A DNA stretch of 64,000 bases from assembly GCA_944331955.1 (NCBI GenBank), contig CALVIY010000002.1:7802-71801 (forward strand), in the 5' to 3' direction. Shown here piece after piece: positions 52,087-61,512 of this stretch. The translations under genes were made by a program, and so were the position numbers. Position 1 is the first letter of the stretch. Every line of letters starts with the position of its first letter. The notes beneath the pieces are model-generated. The model did not search any database. It was given only the letters and a program-made list of their open reading frames with translations, and was not told where the DNA came from. Source of the DNA: an uncultured Bacilli bacterium (lineage in GTDB: Bacteria > Bacillota_I > Bacilli_A > RF39 > UBA660).

Positions 52087-53283
52087 CTATTCTTTATCTA
52101 ATAACCAGTCTAATACGTTTATTTTTCTTATTCCGTTATATGAGACTTCTGGTTCTATATCTCCTACTAACAAAAATTTTTGATTATGGTCTTTTATACT
52201 ATCAAGTGATTTTAATTCTCTTTCTAATGTTTTTTCATCTTTAACACTTTCACTTACTTGATAATATTCAATACCCTTACTATTTATAGCGACAAAATCT
52301 ACTTCTAATTCATCTACTTTACCTATATAAACATCATAACCACGTCTTAAGAGTTCTAAATAAACAACATTTTCTAAAATATGACCTGTATCATTTCCTT
52401 TTCTTCCTAGTATAAAATATCTTAATCCAAGATCTGCTACATAATATTTATCACCTGTTTTTAAATACTGTTTCCCTTTTATATCATATCTAGTAGCTTT
52501 ATAGAAAATAAACGACTCTAGTAAAGATGTGATGTAATTTTCAACTGTATGTATACTTATTGTTCGTCCATTTGATACTAAAGTATCTTTTATTTTATTA
52601 GTAGAAGTTATATTACCAATATTATCTAATAAAAAACTAACTACGCTTTGAAGCATTAACATATCCGGAAACTTTCTACGTGCCATTATATCTTTTAATA
52701 TTATTGAATCATATATTCCTTTAATGTATTTGTCTACATCATCTATATTATCAAAGTTAAGAACATAAGGAAATGATCCCCAAGATATGTATTTTTGAAA
52801 TAACCTATCTATATTATCATCATTATTATTTGCAGATACAAATTCTTTAAAAGATAATGGAAACATTTTTATTTCTATATATCTTCCTGATAAAAGAGTA
52901 GCTAATTCTCCTGACAAAAGATTAGCATTAGAGCCAGTTATGTATAAATCAATGTTTTTATTTAAATATAAACCGTCACAAGCTTTTTGAAATTCTGGTA
53001 CTACTTGAACTTCATCTATAAATACATAGGTTTTCTTTGAACTATCTATCTTATTTAATACATAGTTATATAATTTTAAATAACTATCTAGTTCATAATA
53101 AATTGGATCTTCTAAATTTATTCTTATTATTTGTTTTTTTTCTATTCCAGAATTCAATAAGAATTCATTGTATAAATCAAATAAAGTTGACTTGCCACAC
53201 CTTCGAACTCCAGTTACTACTTTTATTAAGTCTTTGTCTTTAAAATGTTTTAATTGTTCTAAATATTCATCTCTTGGAATCAT
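52087..53283 (-). CDS. AAA+ ATPase of the COG1373 type (AAA_14 + DUF4143), paralog B (different subfamily)
   Basis: Walker A GVRRCGKST, Walker B YVFIDEVQ, C-terminal ENVVYLELLRRGYDVYIGK...EVDFV. Confidence 0.7.
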   Translation of the reverse strand: MIPRDEYLEQLKHFKDKDLIKVVTGVRRCGKSTLFDLYNEFLLNSGIEKKQIIRINLEDPIYYELDSYLKLYNYVLNKIDSSKKTYVFIDEVQVVPEFQKACDGLYLNKNIDLYITGSNANLLSGELATLLSGRYIEIKMFPLSFKEFVSANNNDDNIDRLFQKYISWGSFPYVLNFDNIDDVDKYIKGIYDSIILKDIMARRKFPDMLMLQSVVSFLLDNIGNITSTNKIKDTLVSNGRTISIHTVENYITSLLESFIFYKATRYDIKGKQYLKTGDKYYVADLGLRYFILGRKGNDTGHILENVVYLELLRRGYDVYIGKVDELEVDFVAINSKGIEYYQVSESVKDEKTLERELKSLDSIKDHNQKFLLVGDIEPEVSYNGIRKINVLDWLLDKE

Positions 53284-53305
53284 TTTCTATATCACCGCCT
53301 TTTCT

Positions 53306-53340
53306 TATATTATATTTAATGAAAAGATGTTTGTCAAGTT
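53306..53340 (-). promoter_or_regulatory. Consensus sigma-A promoter for COG1373-B
   Basis: Minus strand TTGACA-17-TATAAT. Confidence 0.55.
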
Positions 53341-53350
53341 TTTGCAGTAA

Positions 53351-53390
53351 GTGTGCAAAAAAATATTATTTTCGACATTTTTTTGCACAT
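53351..53390 (-). terminator. 13-bp perfect hairpin at the Y-family polymerase gene stop
   Basis: TGTGCAAAAAAAT-loop-ATTTTTTTGCACA. Confidence 0.55.
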
Positions 53391-54598
53391 TATCTTCTTT
53401 CAATATTATAATCTTCTTCTTTCTTACTAGCTCTTATAACACTACCTTTTCCATATTTTTTAATAATACTATCCATTACTTCCTCTACCTTATCTACTAC
53501 TTTTACATCTGATTCTTCAAACAAAGACATCTGACTAACTGCTTTCTCTTTTAAATCACCTAATCTTACTCCTATATTTCTAATAGGATCTTCTTTCCAG
53601 CTAGCTTCAAAAATTGTTTTAACTCCTTTATAGATTTCTTCTGTTACATTAGTAGGATTATCTAAAGTAATTTGATGAGAATAGTTTTTAAATAAATTAT
53701 TTCTATAAGTAACAGCTATAGTTCCTGTATATAGTTTTTGGTCTCTTAAAGTAAAAGAGACTTCTTCTGTTTCACTAAATAATATTTTTAATAAGTCTTC
53801 TTTTCTAGTTACATCATAAGGTAAGGTTCTAGAGATACTAATACACTTATTTTTAGCATTTCTAGGTTCTACTTTACTATAATCTATTCCTAATGCTGCT
53901 TCTTTAAAATAGTCTCCCTGACTTTTAAAATGTCTTCTTAATAAGTTAATATTAGACTCAGCTAAATCTTTAATAGTATATATTCCTAAGTCATTTAACT
54001 TTTTAGCAGAACTTTTACCTAACATAAATAAATCATTTACTTTTAAAGGCCACATTTTAGTTTCAATTTCATTTAAATAAAGAGTATGTACTTTATCTGG
54101 CTTTTCAAAGTCACTTGCCATTTTTGCACAAAGTTTGTTCTCTCCTATTCCAACATTGACTGTGAAACCAAACTTTTCTTTAATTTCATCTTTTATTTTG
54201 TGAGCTAGTGATACATAATCATTACCATAAAGAAGTGTAGTACCTGTAAGGTCAAGAAAACATTCATCAATAGAGTATTGTTCTATTACAGGAGTATACT
54301 GTGATAGATAATTATATAACTTTTTAGATTGTTCTTTATAAAAAGCATAGTTAGGAGGAAATACTTGTAAGGCTTTACATTTAGTTCTAGCACTATATAA
54401 TGTCTCTGCTGTTACAATTCCATATTTCTTAGCGATAGGACTTTTAGCAAGAACAATACCTCTTCTTGCTTTTTCATCTCCTCCTATTACTGAAGGAATC
54501 TTTCTAATATCTTGTTTATAGCCATGATTTAAAAGATAGATAGCAGTCCAAGATAAAAAGGCATTATTAACATCGATATGAAAAATAATTCGCTGCAT
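53390..54598 (-). CDS. dinB: Y-family DNA polymerase (DinB/UmuC-like)
   Basis: MQRIIFHIDVNNAFLS ... SIDECFLDLTG catalytic motifs; 402 aa. Confidence 0.8.
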   Translation of the reverse strand: MQRIIFHIDVNNAFLSWTAIYLLNHGYKQDIRKIPSVIGGDEKARRGIVLAKSPIAKKYGIVTAETLYSARTKCKALQVFPPNYAFYKEQSKKLYNYLSQYTPVIEQYSIDECFLDLTGTTLLYGNDYVSLAHKIKDEIKEKFGFTVNVGIGENKLCAKMASDFEKPDKVHTLYLNEIETKMWPLKVNDLFMLGKSSAKKLNDLGIYTIKDLAESNINLLRRHFKSQGDYFKEAALGIDYSKVEPRNAKNKCISISRTLPYDVTRKEDLLKILFSETEEVSFTLRDQKLYTGTIAVTYRNNLFKNYSHQITLDNPTNVTEEIYKGVKTIFEASWKEDPIRNIGVRLGDLKEKAVSQMSLFEESDVKVVDKVEEVMDSIIKKYGKGSVIRASKKEEDYNIERR

Positions 54599-54672
54599 AG
54601 TTATCCCTCCTCTTTACTCTATTATATAATACGTTAGTTCTATTTGAAAGAGAAAAAAATAACCATTGCTGG

Positions 54673-55179
54673 TTACTTTACTCTACTAGGATTCATCATT
54701 TTAGTGAAGGTTCTACCTTTTTCTTCTATAGATTTATCTTTTTCCGGAAAGTCTTCCATAAATTTAACCCATTTATCTGCTACTTCTTTATAAGATAGTT
54801 TACTTTCAGTAGGATCTCCCATAATACATTCATCCCATATAACTCTATCGTTCGGATAATCTCTACTACGAACTTCTTCTAATCTTTTTCCACAAGCGAC
54901 ACATTTACAAGTCCAATAGGTTCTACCTTCGTGCCTATCAGTAAAACCATTTTCAAAGTACCAAGCTGGGTGAGGACATCTTTCCTGTTGTTCTACTAAT
55001 ATTATACCTTGTAAGGCCATAGCTTCTTTAGTAGATGAATCAAGTTCTATTTCTATACCAAGATATTTTTTCACATTATCATCTTCAAGTAATTTTTTTC
55101 TTTGTCTAATTAATTTTCCTCTACTTACTTTTAACTCTAATAACTTATCTTCATATGATTTTAGTTCTTCATCTGTCAT
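54673..55179 (-). CDS. Hypothetical protein with Cys-rich putative zinc-ribbon
   Basis: CPHPAW...CKCVACGK. Confidence 0.45.
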   Translation of the reverse strand: MTDEELKSYEDKLLELKVSRGKLIRQRKKLLEDDNVKKYLGIEIELDSSTKEAMALQGIILVEQQERCPHPAWYFENGFTDRHEGRTYWTCKCVACGKRLEEVRSRDYPNDRVIWDECIMGDPTESKLSYKEVADKWVKFMEDFPEKDKSIEEKGRTFTKMMNPSRVK

Positions 55180-55219
55180 AATTAAACCCTCCTACTTATA
55201 GGATAGCTTATTTAACTAC

Positions 55220-56716
55220 TTAAATCAAGTTATTACCAGTCATTTCGTCTGGTTTTTCTATATCCATATATTTTAGTATTGTAGGAGCGATATCTCCTAA
55301 TTTACCTGTTTTAATTTCTTTTATATTATGGTCTGTAATAATAAATGGAACAGGACTAGTAGTGTGAGCAGTTATTACTTCTCCTTTATCATCTTCCATA
55401 ATTTCAGAATTACCATGATCTGCGGTTATAAACATAGTAAAGTCTTTCTCCTTACTTGCTTCATATAGTCTTCCGACATTTTCATTAACAGCTTTTACTG
55501 CTTCTACAACTTTATCAAATTTACCAGTATGTCCTACCATATCACAGTTAGCAAAGTTTAGGATGATTAAATCATATTTATCCATAACTTCTATTAGTTT
55601 ATCTGTTACTTCATAAGCACTCATAGCAGGATACATATCATAAGTCGCTACATCTTTTCTTGGAACGATTATTTTATCTGTATTAGGAATGTCTTTTTCT
55701 TCTCCTCCATCAAAGAAGTAAGTAACATGAGGATATTTACTAGCTTCTGCTATTCTTAGAATCTTTAATCCAATTGATGCCGCATATTCTCCTAAGGTAT
55801 TAGTTAGATGCATTGGTGGGAAAGCAGGTGTGGCGATAACTGTATGCTCTGGAGTCATCATAGTAACTAGTTTTACATTTTTAAAGTCTACTCGTGGGAA
55901 CTCTTTAAAGTCTTTATTGGTTATAGCAGTGAATGTTTGCGTAATACGGTCTGGTCTAAAGTTAAGCATTACCATACCATCATTTTCTTTTAAAGTTCCT
56001 TCATCTATTAATTTAGCAGGAACAATGAACTCATCCATAATATTTTGTTTATATGAATCTTCTATATAATCTTTATATGAATCAATTTTTACTCCCTCTC
56101 CATGTACTAATAAATCATAATACTTCTTAGTAACATTCCACATTCTTTCTCTATCCATGGAATAGTATCTTCCAGAGATATCTGCTAGTTTACCAAAACC
56201 TAGTTCATTAAGCTTATTTGTTAAAGAATCTAGAAAGGTAAGAGCGACATCTGGAAGGGTATCTCTACCATCTAGAAATGCATGAACATAGACATTATGA
56301 AAGTTTTCTTTTTTACATAAATCTAACATTGCAAAAAAGTGATTAATATGTGAATGAACTCCTCCATCACTTAATAGTCCAAATAAATGTAGGGCTGAAT
56401 TATTTTCTTTACAATGATTTATTATATCTAATAAAACTTCATTTTTAAAGAAACTGCCATCTTCTATAGCATGATTAATTTGCATAAGAGGTTGGTCTAC
56501 AACACGTCCTGCTCCTATATTTAAATGTCCTACTTCACTATTACCCATTTGTCCAGCTGGAAGTCCTACTGCTTCTCCACTTGCTTCCAAAGTAGTATGA
56601 GGATATTCCTTCCATAAATTTATTATATTTTCTGGGTTTGCTGCTATAACGGCATTACCTTTCTTTTCTTCTCTATATCCAAAACCATCTATTATTGTCA
56701 ATAATACTTTTTTCAT
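55220..56716 (-). CDS. gpmI: 2,3-bisphosphoglycerate-independent phosphoglycerate mutase
   Basis: GNSEVGHLNIGAGRVV and Mn-binding motifs; 498 aa. Confidence 0.93.
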   Translation of the reverse strand: MKKVLLTIIDGFGYREEKKGNAVIAANPENIINLWKEYPHTTLEASGEAVGLPAGQMGNSEVGHLNIGAGRVVDQPLMQINHAIEDGSFFKNEVLLDIINHCKENNSALHLFGLLSDGGVHSHINHFFAMLDLCKKENFHNVYVHAFLDGRDTLPDVALTFLDSLTNKLNELGFGKLADISGRYYSMDRERMWNVTKKYYDLLVHGEGVKIDSYKDYIEDSYKQNIMDEFIVPAKLIDEGTLKENDGMVMLNFRPDRITQTFTAITNKDFKEFPRVDFKNVKLVTMMTPEHTVIATPAFPPMHLTNTLGEYAASIGLKILRIAEASKYPHVTYFFDGGEEKDIPNTDKIIVPRKDVATYDMYPAMSAYEVTDKLIEVMDKYDLIILNFANCDMVGHTGKFDKVVEAVKAVNENVGRLYEASKEKDFTMFITADHGNSEIMEDDKGEVITAHTTSPVPFIITDHNIKEIKTGKLGDIAPTILKYMDIEKPDEMTGNNLI

Positions 56717-56728
56717 TTTCCACTCTCC

Positions 56729-58006
56729 TTAATATAATTGTTCATTTAAACAGAATATAGCATATATAGGTAGATACCTAACATTTTTCTTTGTTGAAAA
56801 GTTATTTTCAGTAATACGATAGGCATCTGTTACAATATATTTTTTCATAAAGACTGACAGGCTCTTTACTTTAGAACCTTGTTTAGTTGCAAGTTCTATA
56901 GGAATAATCTTACCCATTCTATTTTGAATAACAAAGTTTACTTCTGCTTTTCCTTCTGACTGATAATAGTATAGGGAATAACCTGCTTCTACTAAAGTAT
57001 GAGCGATATGATTTTCATATAAAGCTTGCTTAACATCATCATCAACTTTTAATCTATCTTTAGTTAAGTTATATCTCATACTTAATAGTCCATCATCTGG
57101 TAGATATAATTTAAAACTATCAAGTTCTCTACAACTAGATAAAGGTGATTTTGCTACTCTTATTTTGTATGAACGATATACTAATTGATTAGTTACTAAA
57201 AAGTTAATCGAATTTTCAAACTCTTTAGCTCTTCTACCATAACCTAAAACACCATACTGAAACTTTTTATTTTCTTTTTCTAATTGTTTAGGAATACTTT
57301 CCATTACTTCAATACCACGTTCTATATCTATTAAGTTTTTACTGTTTAGTAGTTCACTTTTATTAATATCAAAGACTCTTTCCTTAATACTATCTAGGTA
57401 ACCATAATGTTTTTTAGTAGCATAGGCATCTACTACTTCAGGAAGTCCTCCTGTTATTAAATATTCATAAAATAAATCTAAGGCTTTAGTATGAACACTA
57501 CAACTTCTATGATTATCATAAGCATATCTTATCTTCTCTGCTACTTCTTTTTCATCAATAGCCCACAAGAACTCTTCATAATCCATTTCGGTCATAATCT
57601 TATATTGGAATTCTTCTCCTCTAAACTTTAACAAAGAATCTCTACTCGATGTTATAGCGATAACATGATAATCATTCTTATCGTAACCAAATAGTTTTAT
57701 TCCTTTAATTACCTCTTCATCTGTAACATTATCAAAGATTATTAAGGTATCATTTTTAACGATAGGAACTTCTGATATTATACTTAGGGCTTCTGCTAAT
57801 CTTGTAATAGATCTTTCTTTTTTAAATAATTCTTTAAGAATAGTATTATGGTCAGTATTAAAGTAAGCGACATGTTGATAGTTTTGTTTACCAAAGTCTA
57901 TTGCTGTATATGTTTTACCTACTTGTCTTGTTCCAATAATTAATAAAGGCTTTCTTATTAAATCTGTTTTCCATTTTAGTAAGAATTTATTTATTTTTCG
58001 TTCCAT
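56729..58006 (-). CDS. AAA+ ATPase of the COG1373 type (AAA_14 + DUF4143), paralog C, with degenerate Walker B
   Basis: Same subfamily as paralog A (DYEEFLWA, GYSLYYY), but Walker B reads LIIFDNVTD instead of FDEIQ. Own promoter TTGACT-17-TATACT and GGGAGGTGA RBS. Confidence 0.65.
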   Translation of the reverse strand: MERKINKFLLKWKTDLIRKPLLIIGTRQVGKTYTAIDFGKQNYQHVAYFNTDHNTILKELFKKERSITRLAEALSIISEVPIVKNDTLIIFDNVTDEEVIKGIKLFGYDKNDYHVIAITSSRDSLLKFRGEEFQYKIMTEMDYEEFLWAIDEKEVAEKIRYAYDNHRSCSVHTKALDLFYEYLITGGLPEVVDAYATKKHYGYLDSIKERVFDINKSELLNSKNLIDIERGIEVMESIPKQLEKENKKFQYGVLGYGRRAKEFENSINFLVTNQLVYRSYKIRVAKSPLSSCRELDSFKLYLPDDGLLSMRYNLTKDRLKVDDDVKQALYENHIAHTLVEAGYSLYYYQSEGKAEVNFVIQNRMGKIIPIELATKQGSKVKSLSVFMKKYIVTDAYRITENNFSTKKNVRYLPIYAIFCLNEQLY

Positions 58007-58116
58007 TTAGTGTAGTCACCTCCCACATCTTCTAATATAAGTATATATATTTTCTAATATTTAGTCAATATTTTTGCAAAATAAAAAGACTACTACTGCT
58101 CGTCTTAATAATATTA

Positions 58117-58908
58117 TTACTGCCTAATTGCATCTTGATGAAATTCAAGACGAAGTTTATCTGCGACTGTGACAATAAATTCTGAATTAGTTGGTTTAGC
58201 TTTATCTATATCAACACTATGTCCAAAGATATCTTCCATTAACTGCCAATTACCTCTATTCCAACTTACTTCAATAGCATGTCTTATAGCACGTTCTACA
58301 CGAGAGACTGTTGTATCAAATTTCTCTGCTATATCAGGATATAGTTCTTTAGTAATCCCACCTATTACTTCAGGATGTTCATAAAGGACTGTTATACCTT
58401 CTCTTATATATTGATATCCTTTAATATGAGATGGAACACCTAACTCATGTAATATCTTTGTTATTGATACTTGTAAGTTATTATATTTCATATCAATAGT
58501 TTTCTTATCATAATCATTTTTACTGCTGCATTCTAATATTCTCTTTTCTAGTTCAGTTAATTCAAAGGGTTTTAAGATAAAGTAACTAACTCCTAATTCA
58601 CTAGCTTCTCTTATAACTTCTTGTGTATTAAAAGAGGTTAAAACTATTACTTTCTTATCTAGTTTCTTTTCTCTCATATCTTTTAGAACACTCATACCAT
58701 CTTTATTAGGCATAATTAGGTCAAGAACAATTACATCATAGTTATCCTGATCATTTTCTATTAGATTTAATCCTTCTACTCCATCATTTGCAGTTAAAGT
58801 GACTTCTATTTCTTTATTATCTTTAAAGTACTCCTTCACCATTTTAACTAGTTCAATATTATCATCAATCATTAATACGTTGGTCTTTTTCATTTTCTCT
58901 CCTTCCAT
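58117..58908 (-). CDS. spo0A: Stage 0 sporulation response regulator Spo0A
   Basis: Receiver domain (VLMIDDN...VIVLDLIMP) and the signature C-terminal domain [22 protein letters not shown]...[20 protein letters not shown]. Confidence 0.92.
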   Translation of the reverse strand: MEGEKMKKTNVLMIDDNIELVKMVKEYFKDNKEIEVTLTANDGVEGLNLIENDQDNYDVIVLDLIMPNKDGMSVLKDMREKKLDKKVIVLTSFNTQEVIREASELGVSYFILKPFELTELEKRILECSSKNDYDKKTIDMKYNNLQVSITKILHELGVPSHIKGYQYIREGITVLYEHPEVIGGITKELYPDIAEKFDTTVSRVERAIRHAIEVSWNRGNWQLMEDIFGHSVDIDKAKPTNSEFIVTVADKLRLEFHQDAIRQ

Positions 58909-58971
58909 ATACTACCACGCATCTTAATTATATAACAGAAAGATAAATTGTTAAAGAGTAAAAAATAAGAG

Positions 58972-58980
58972 AATTTGTCG
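58972..58980 (+). promoter_or_regulatory. Perfect 0A box (TTTGTCGAA) upstream of spo0A
   Basis: Exact consensus Spo0A-binding sequence ~65 nt upstream of the spo0A start. Confidence 0.5.
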
Positions 58981-58995
58981 AAAAAGAAAAAAATT

Positions 58996-59538
58996 TTAAT
59001 TTTTCTTCATTAAAACTTTATGTTTATCTAATTCTAATTTAGGTATCATAGCACTAACAGTATATATTCTAGTAGTAAAACCATCATTATAATATGGTTC
59101 TGTTATTTCAAAAACTAAATTATCTTGTTCTGCTAATTCTTTTATGTATGAAGGACGGATAAACAAAAAATTTTCATTTTCCTCATTAGCATCTATTGCT
59201 TGTACTGCAATTATGTTATTATCTTCATCATCTTCTAACCTTACATATTCAAATAAAACATCATTATCAATATTATTATCAGTTAATTCTCTAGCCCAAT
59301 TAAAAAATGCTTTTCCTTGGATAAAACTGTCACCTCTAATTATTTTTTCATCATCAAAAGCAATTGTAAGATCAGACATTGGATGTTTCTTAGCATCTAT
59401 AGATAGATTTTTATTAATATATTCTTGATAATAAGTAATACTAAATTCTTTTATATATTTTTCTATCACTTCTAAACATTGTTCTTGTTGTTTAATGGAT
59501 TCATTTCTTATCTTTATTAATTCTTCTAAATTAGACAT
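58996..59538 (-). CDS. Hypothetical acidic protein
   Basis: 180-aa ORF between tpiA and spo0A; no motif recognised. Confidence 0.45.
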   Translation of the reverse strand: MSNLEELIKIRNESIKQQEQCLEVIEKYIKEFSITYYQEYINKNLSIDAKKHPMSDLTIAFDDEKIIRGDSFIQGKAFFNWARELTDNNIDNDVLFEYVRLEDDEDNNIIAVQAIDANEENENFLFIRPSYIKELAEQDNLVFEITEPYYNDGFTTRIYTVSAMIPKLELDKHKVLMKKN

Positions 59539-59558
59539 ATTTTCACGTCCTTAGCTTT

Positions 59559-60248
59559 CTATTGTAACTTATCAAGAAACTCTTGTAAAGAAGAAAGTTT
59601 TAAAGATATTCCTCCTAGTAGAAAGCCATCTATATTTTTTACTTGCTTTAATTCATCAATATTATTTTCATTAGCACTACCACCATATAAGACTTTTTTA
59701 TGATATGTTTCTTTTAACATAGCAGTTACTTTTTCAATATCATCATTAGTTGGAACAATACCTGTACCTATTGCAAATATAGGTTCATAGGCAATGATAA
59801 AGTCTTTAGACTTATCTATATCACTTAATAGATAGTCCATATCTTTTTTTATTTTATCAACATAAGTACCTCTTTCATGTTCTTCTAGAGTGTCTCCTAT
59901 ACAGATAATTGGTATTAAGTCATTAGAAAAAGCTTGCTCTAATTTTTGCTTACTTACATCAAGGTTTTCATTCATCTTAGTAGTTCTTTCACTATGATTA
60001 ATTAAGGTGTATGTAGCACCTAATGATTTAATGGCTTTTGCAGTAACTTCTCCTGTGTATGCTCCTATTGTTTTACTACTTACATCTTGTGATGCATATG
60101 TTATGTTATTAGGTATTAATGGCAAGTAACATACACTAGGTATTAGAATCATTTCATGATTATAGGTATTTAAGTTTTTATAATCTTCTAAATACTTTAG
60201 TATCTCATCTTTAGTAAAATTACTCTTGTGATTAAGTGCTATTATCAT
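59559..60248 (-). CDS. tpiA: Triosephosphate isomerase (divergent N-terminus)
   Basis: NHK catalytic Lys region, INHSERT (His95), AYEPIFAIGTG (Glu165), YGGSA. Confidence 0.85.
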   Translation of the reverse strand: MIIALNHKSNFTKDEILKYLEDYKNLNTYNHEMILIPSVCYLPLIPNNITYASQDVSSKTIGAYTGEVTAKAIKSLGATYTLINHSERTTKMNENLDVSKQKLEQAFSNDLIPIICIGDTLEEHERGTYVDKIKKDMDYLLSDIDKSKDFIIAYEPIFAIGTGIVPTNDDIEKVTAMLKETYHKKVLYGGSANENNIDELKQVKNIDGFLLGGISLKLSSLQEFLDKLQ

Positions 60249-61488
60249 CTTTCTTTCCCTCTTTCCATTTGTTTTTTAGTTTTTCCACAAGTTTTGTGGA
60301 TAATGCCTGTTTTTTATTATGTTTTACTATCGCTACGTTATAAACTTCTAAGACAGAATCAGCAAAAGATGATAAAGAATATTTCTTAACAGAACCTTCA
60401 GCTTTGTCTGTTAAGTTTTCAAGTTCTAATTTATTAGTAGATAACTCTTCTACTATTTCTATACATTCTTTTTCATCTTTAAAAATACGACCATTAAAGT
60501 TATCTACAACTGCACTTTTAAAGGCATCATCATCAATACAAATTACAGGAAGTGATGCTGCTAGGGCTTCTATTACTGTTAACCCCTGCGTTTCTGTTGT
60601 TGATGCTGTTATAAAAGCATTAGCTACATGATAGTAGTTTGGCATATCTTTCCAAGCTACTTTTCCAGTAAAAGTAATTCTATCTTCAAGGCCTCTTTCT
60701 TTGACCTCTTTCTTATATTTTTCTTCATCTGGACCATAACCTACTATTAAGAGTTTGATATTTTTATTGTTAGACTTTTCTATAACATCAAAAAGAAATG
60801 GTACGTTTTTCTCTTGGGCAAGACGTCCTACAAATAGCATGACGAAATCTTTCTTCTTATACCCTAAATAACGTCTTAAACGAGTGACTTTTAATTTATC
60901 ACTATTTTCTTTATAGAATCTTCTAGCATCTAATCCTGTTGGAACAATATAAATATCTTTATCATAATGATATTCATCTCTAAATAGGTGATATGTCTTT
61001 ACTGTAGGAACTATGAAAGCATCTGCTGTATTATCACAATAGAATTTACTAAAATACTCTACAGCTTTTTTACATCCTAAATCAAAGTATTTAATATTTC
61101 TTGAAACATACCAAGTATAATCTTTATACATTGTGTGATAAGTATGAACTAGGGGAATATTATATTGTTTAGCGAATAGTCTTGCAAATATTCCCATACT
61201 AAGTTCTGTGTGAGAGTGGATTATTTCTAAGTCCCATGATTTAATTTGGTTTATTACTTTTAAAGGATAGATACTAGACATTCTATAATCATAAATTCCT
61301 AAAGGAATACCAGGTATTCTTAGTATTCTTTCTTTTTCATTATAGTCATAGGTCTTACTATCCTGTCCTACTGTGACTATATAGACTGTATGACCTTTTT
61401 GTTCAAGAGCTTTCTTTAGAGTTTCAACACTAGTTACTACTCCATTAACAGAAGGTACATATGCATCTGTAAATAGACCTATTCTCAT
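60232..61488 (-). CDS. GT4-family glycosyltransferase (possible diacylglycerol glycolipid synthase)
   Basis: N-terminal MRIGLFTDAYVPSVNGV and the EX7E-type region (TETQGLTVIEALAASLPVI) of GT-B/GT4 enzymes. Overlaps the tpiA start by 17 nt. Confidence 0.7.
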   Translation of the reverse strand: MRIGLFTDAYVPSVNGVVTSVETLKKALEQKGHTVYIVTVGQDSKTYDYNEKERILRIPGIPLGIYDYRMSSIYPLKVINQIKSWDLEIIHSHTELSMGIFARLFAKQYNIPLVHTYHTMYKDYTWYVSRNIKYFDLGCKKAVEYFSKFYCDNTADAFIVPTVKTYHLFRDEYHYDKDIYIVPTGLDARRFYKENSDKLKVTRLRRYLGYKKKDFVMLFVGRLAQEKNVPFLFDVIEKSNNKNIKLLIVGYGPDEEKYKKEVKERGLEDRITFTGKVAWKDMPNYYHVANAFITASTTETQGLTVIEALAASLPVICIDDDAFKSAVVDNFNGRIFKDEKECIEIVEELSTNKLELENLTDKAEGSVKKYSLSSFADSVLEVYNVAIVKHNKKQALSTKLVEKLKNKWKEGKKDDNST

Positions 61489-61512
61489 AATAGTTCCTCC
61501 TTTAGTAATATT

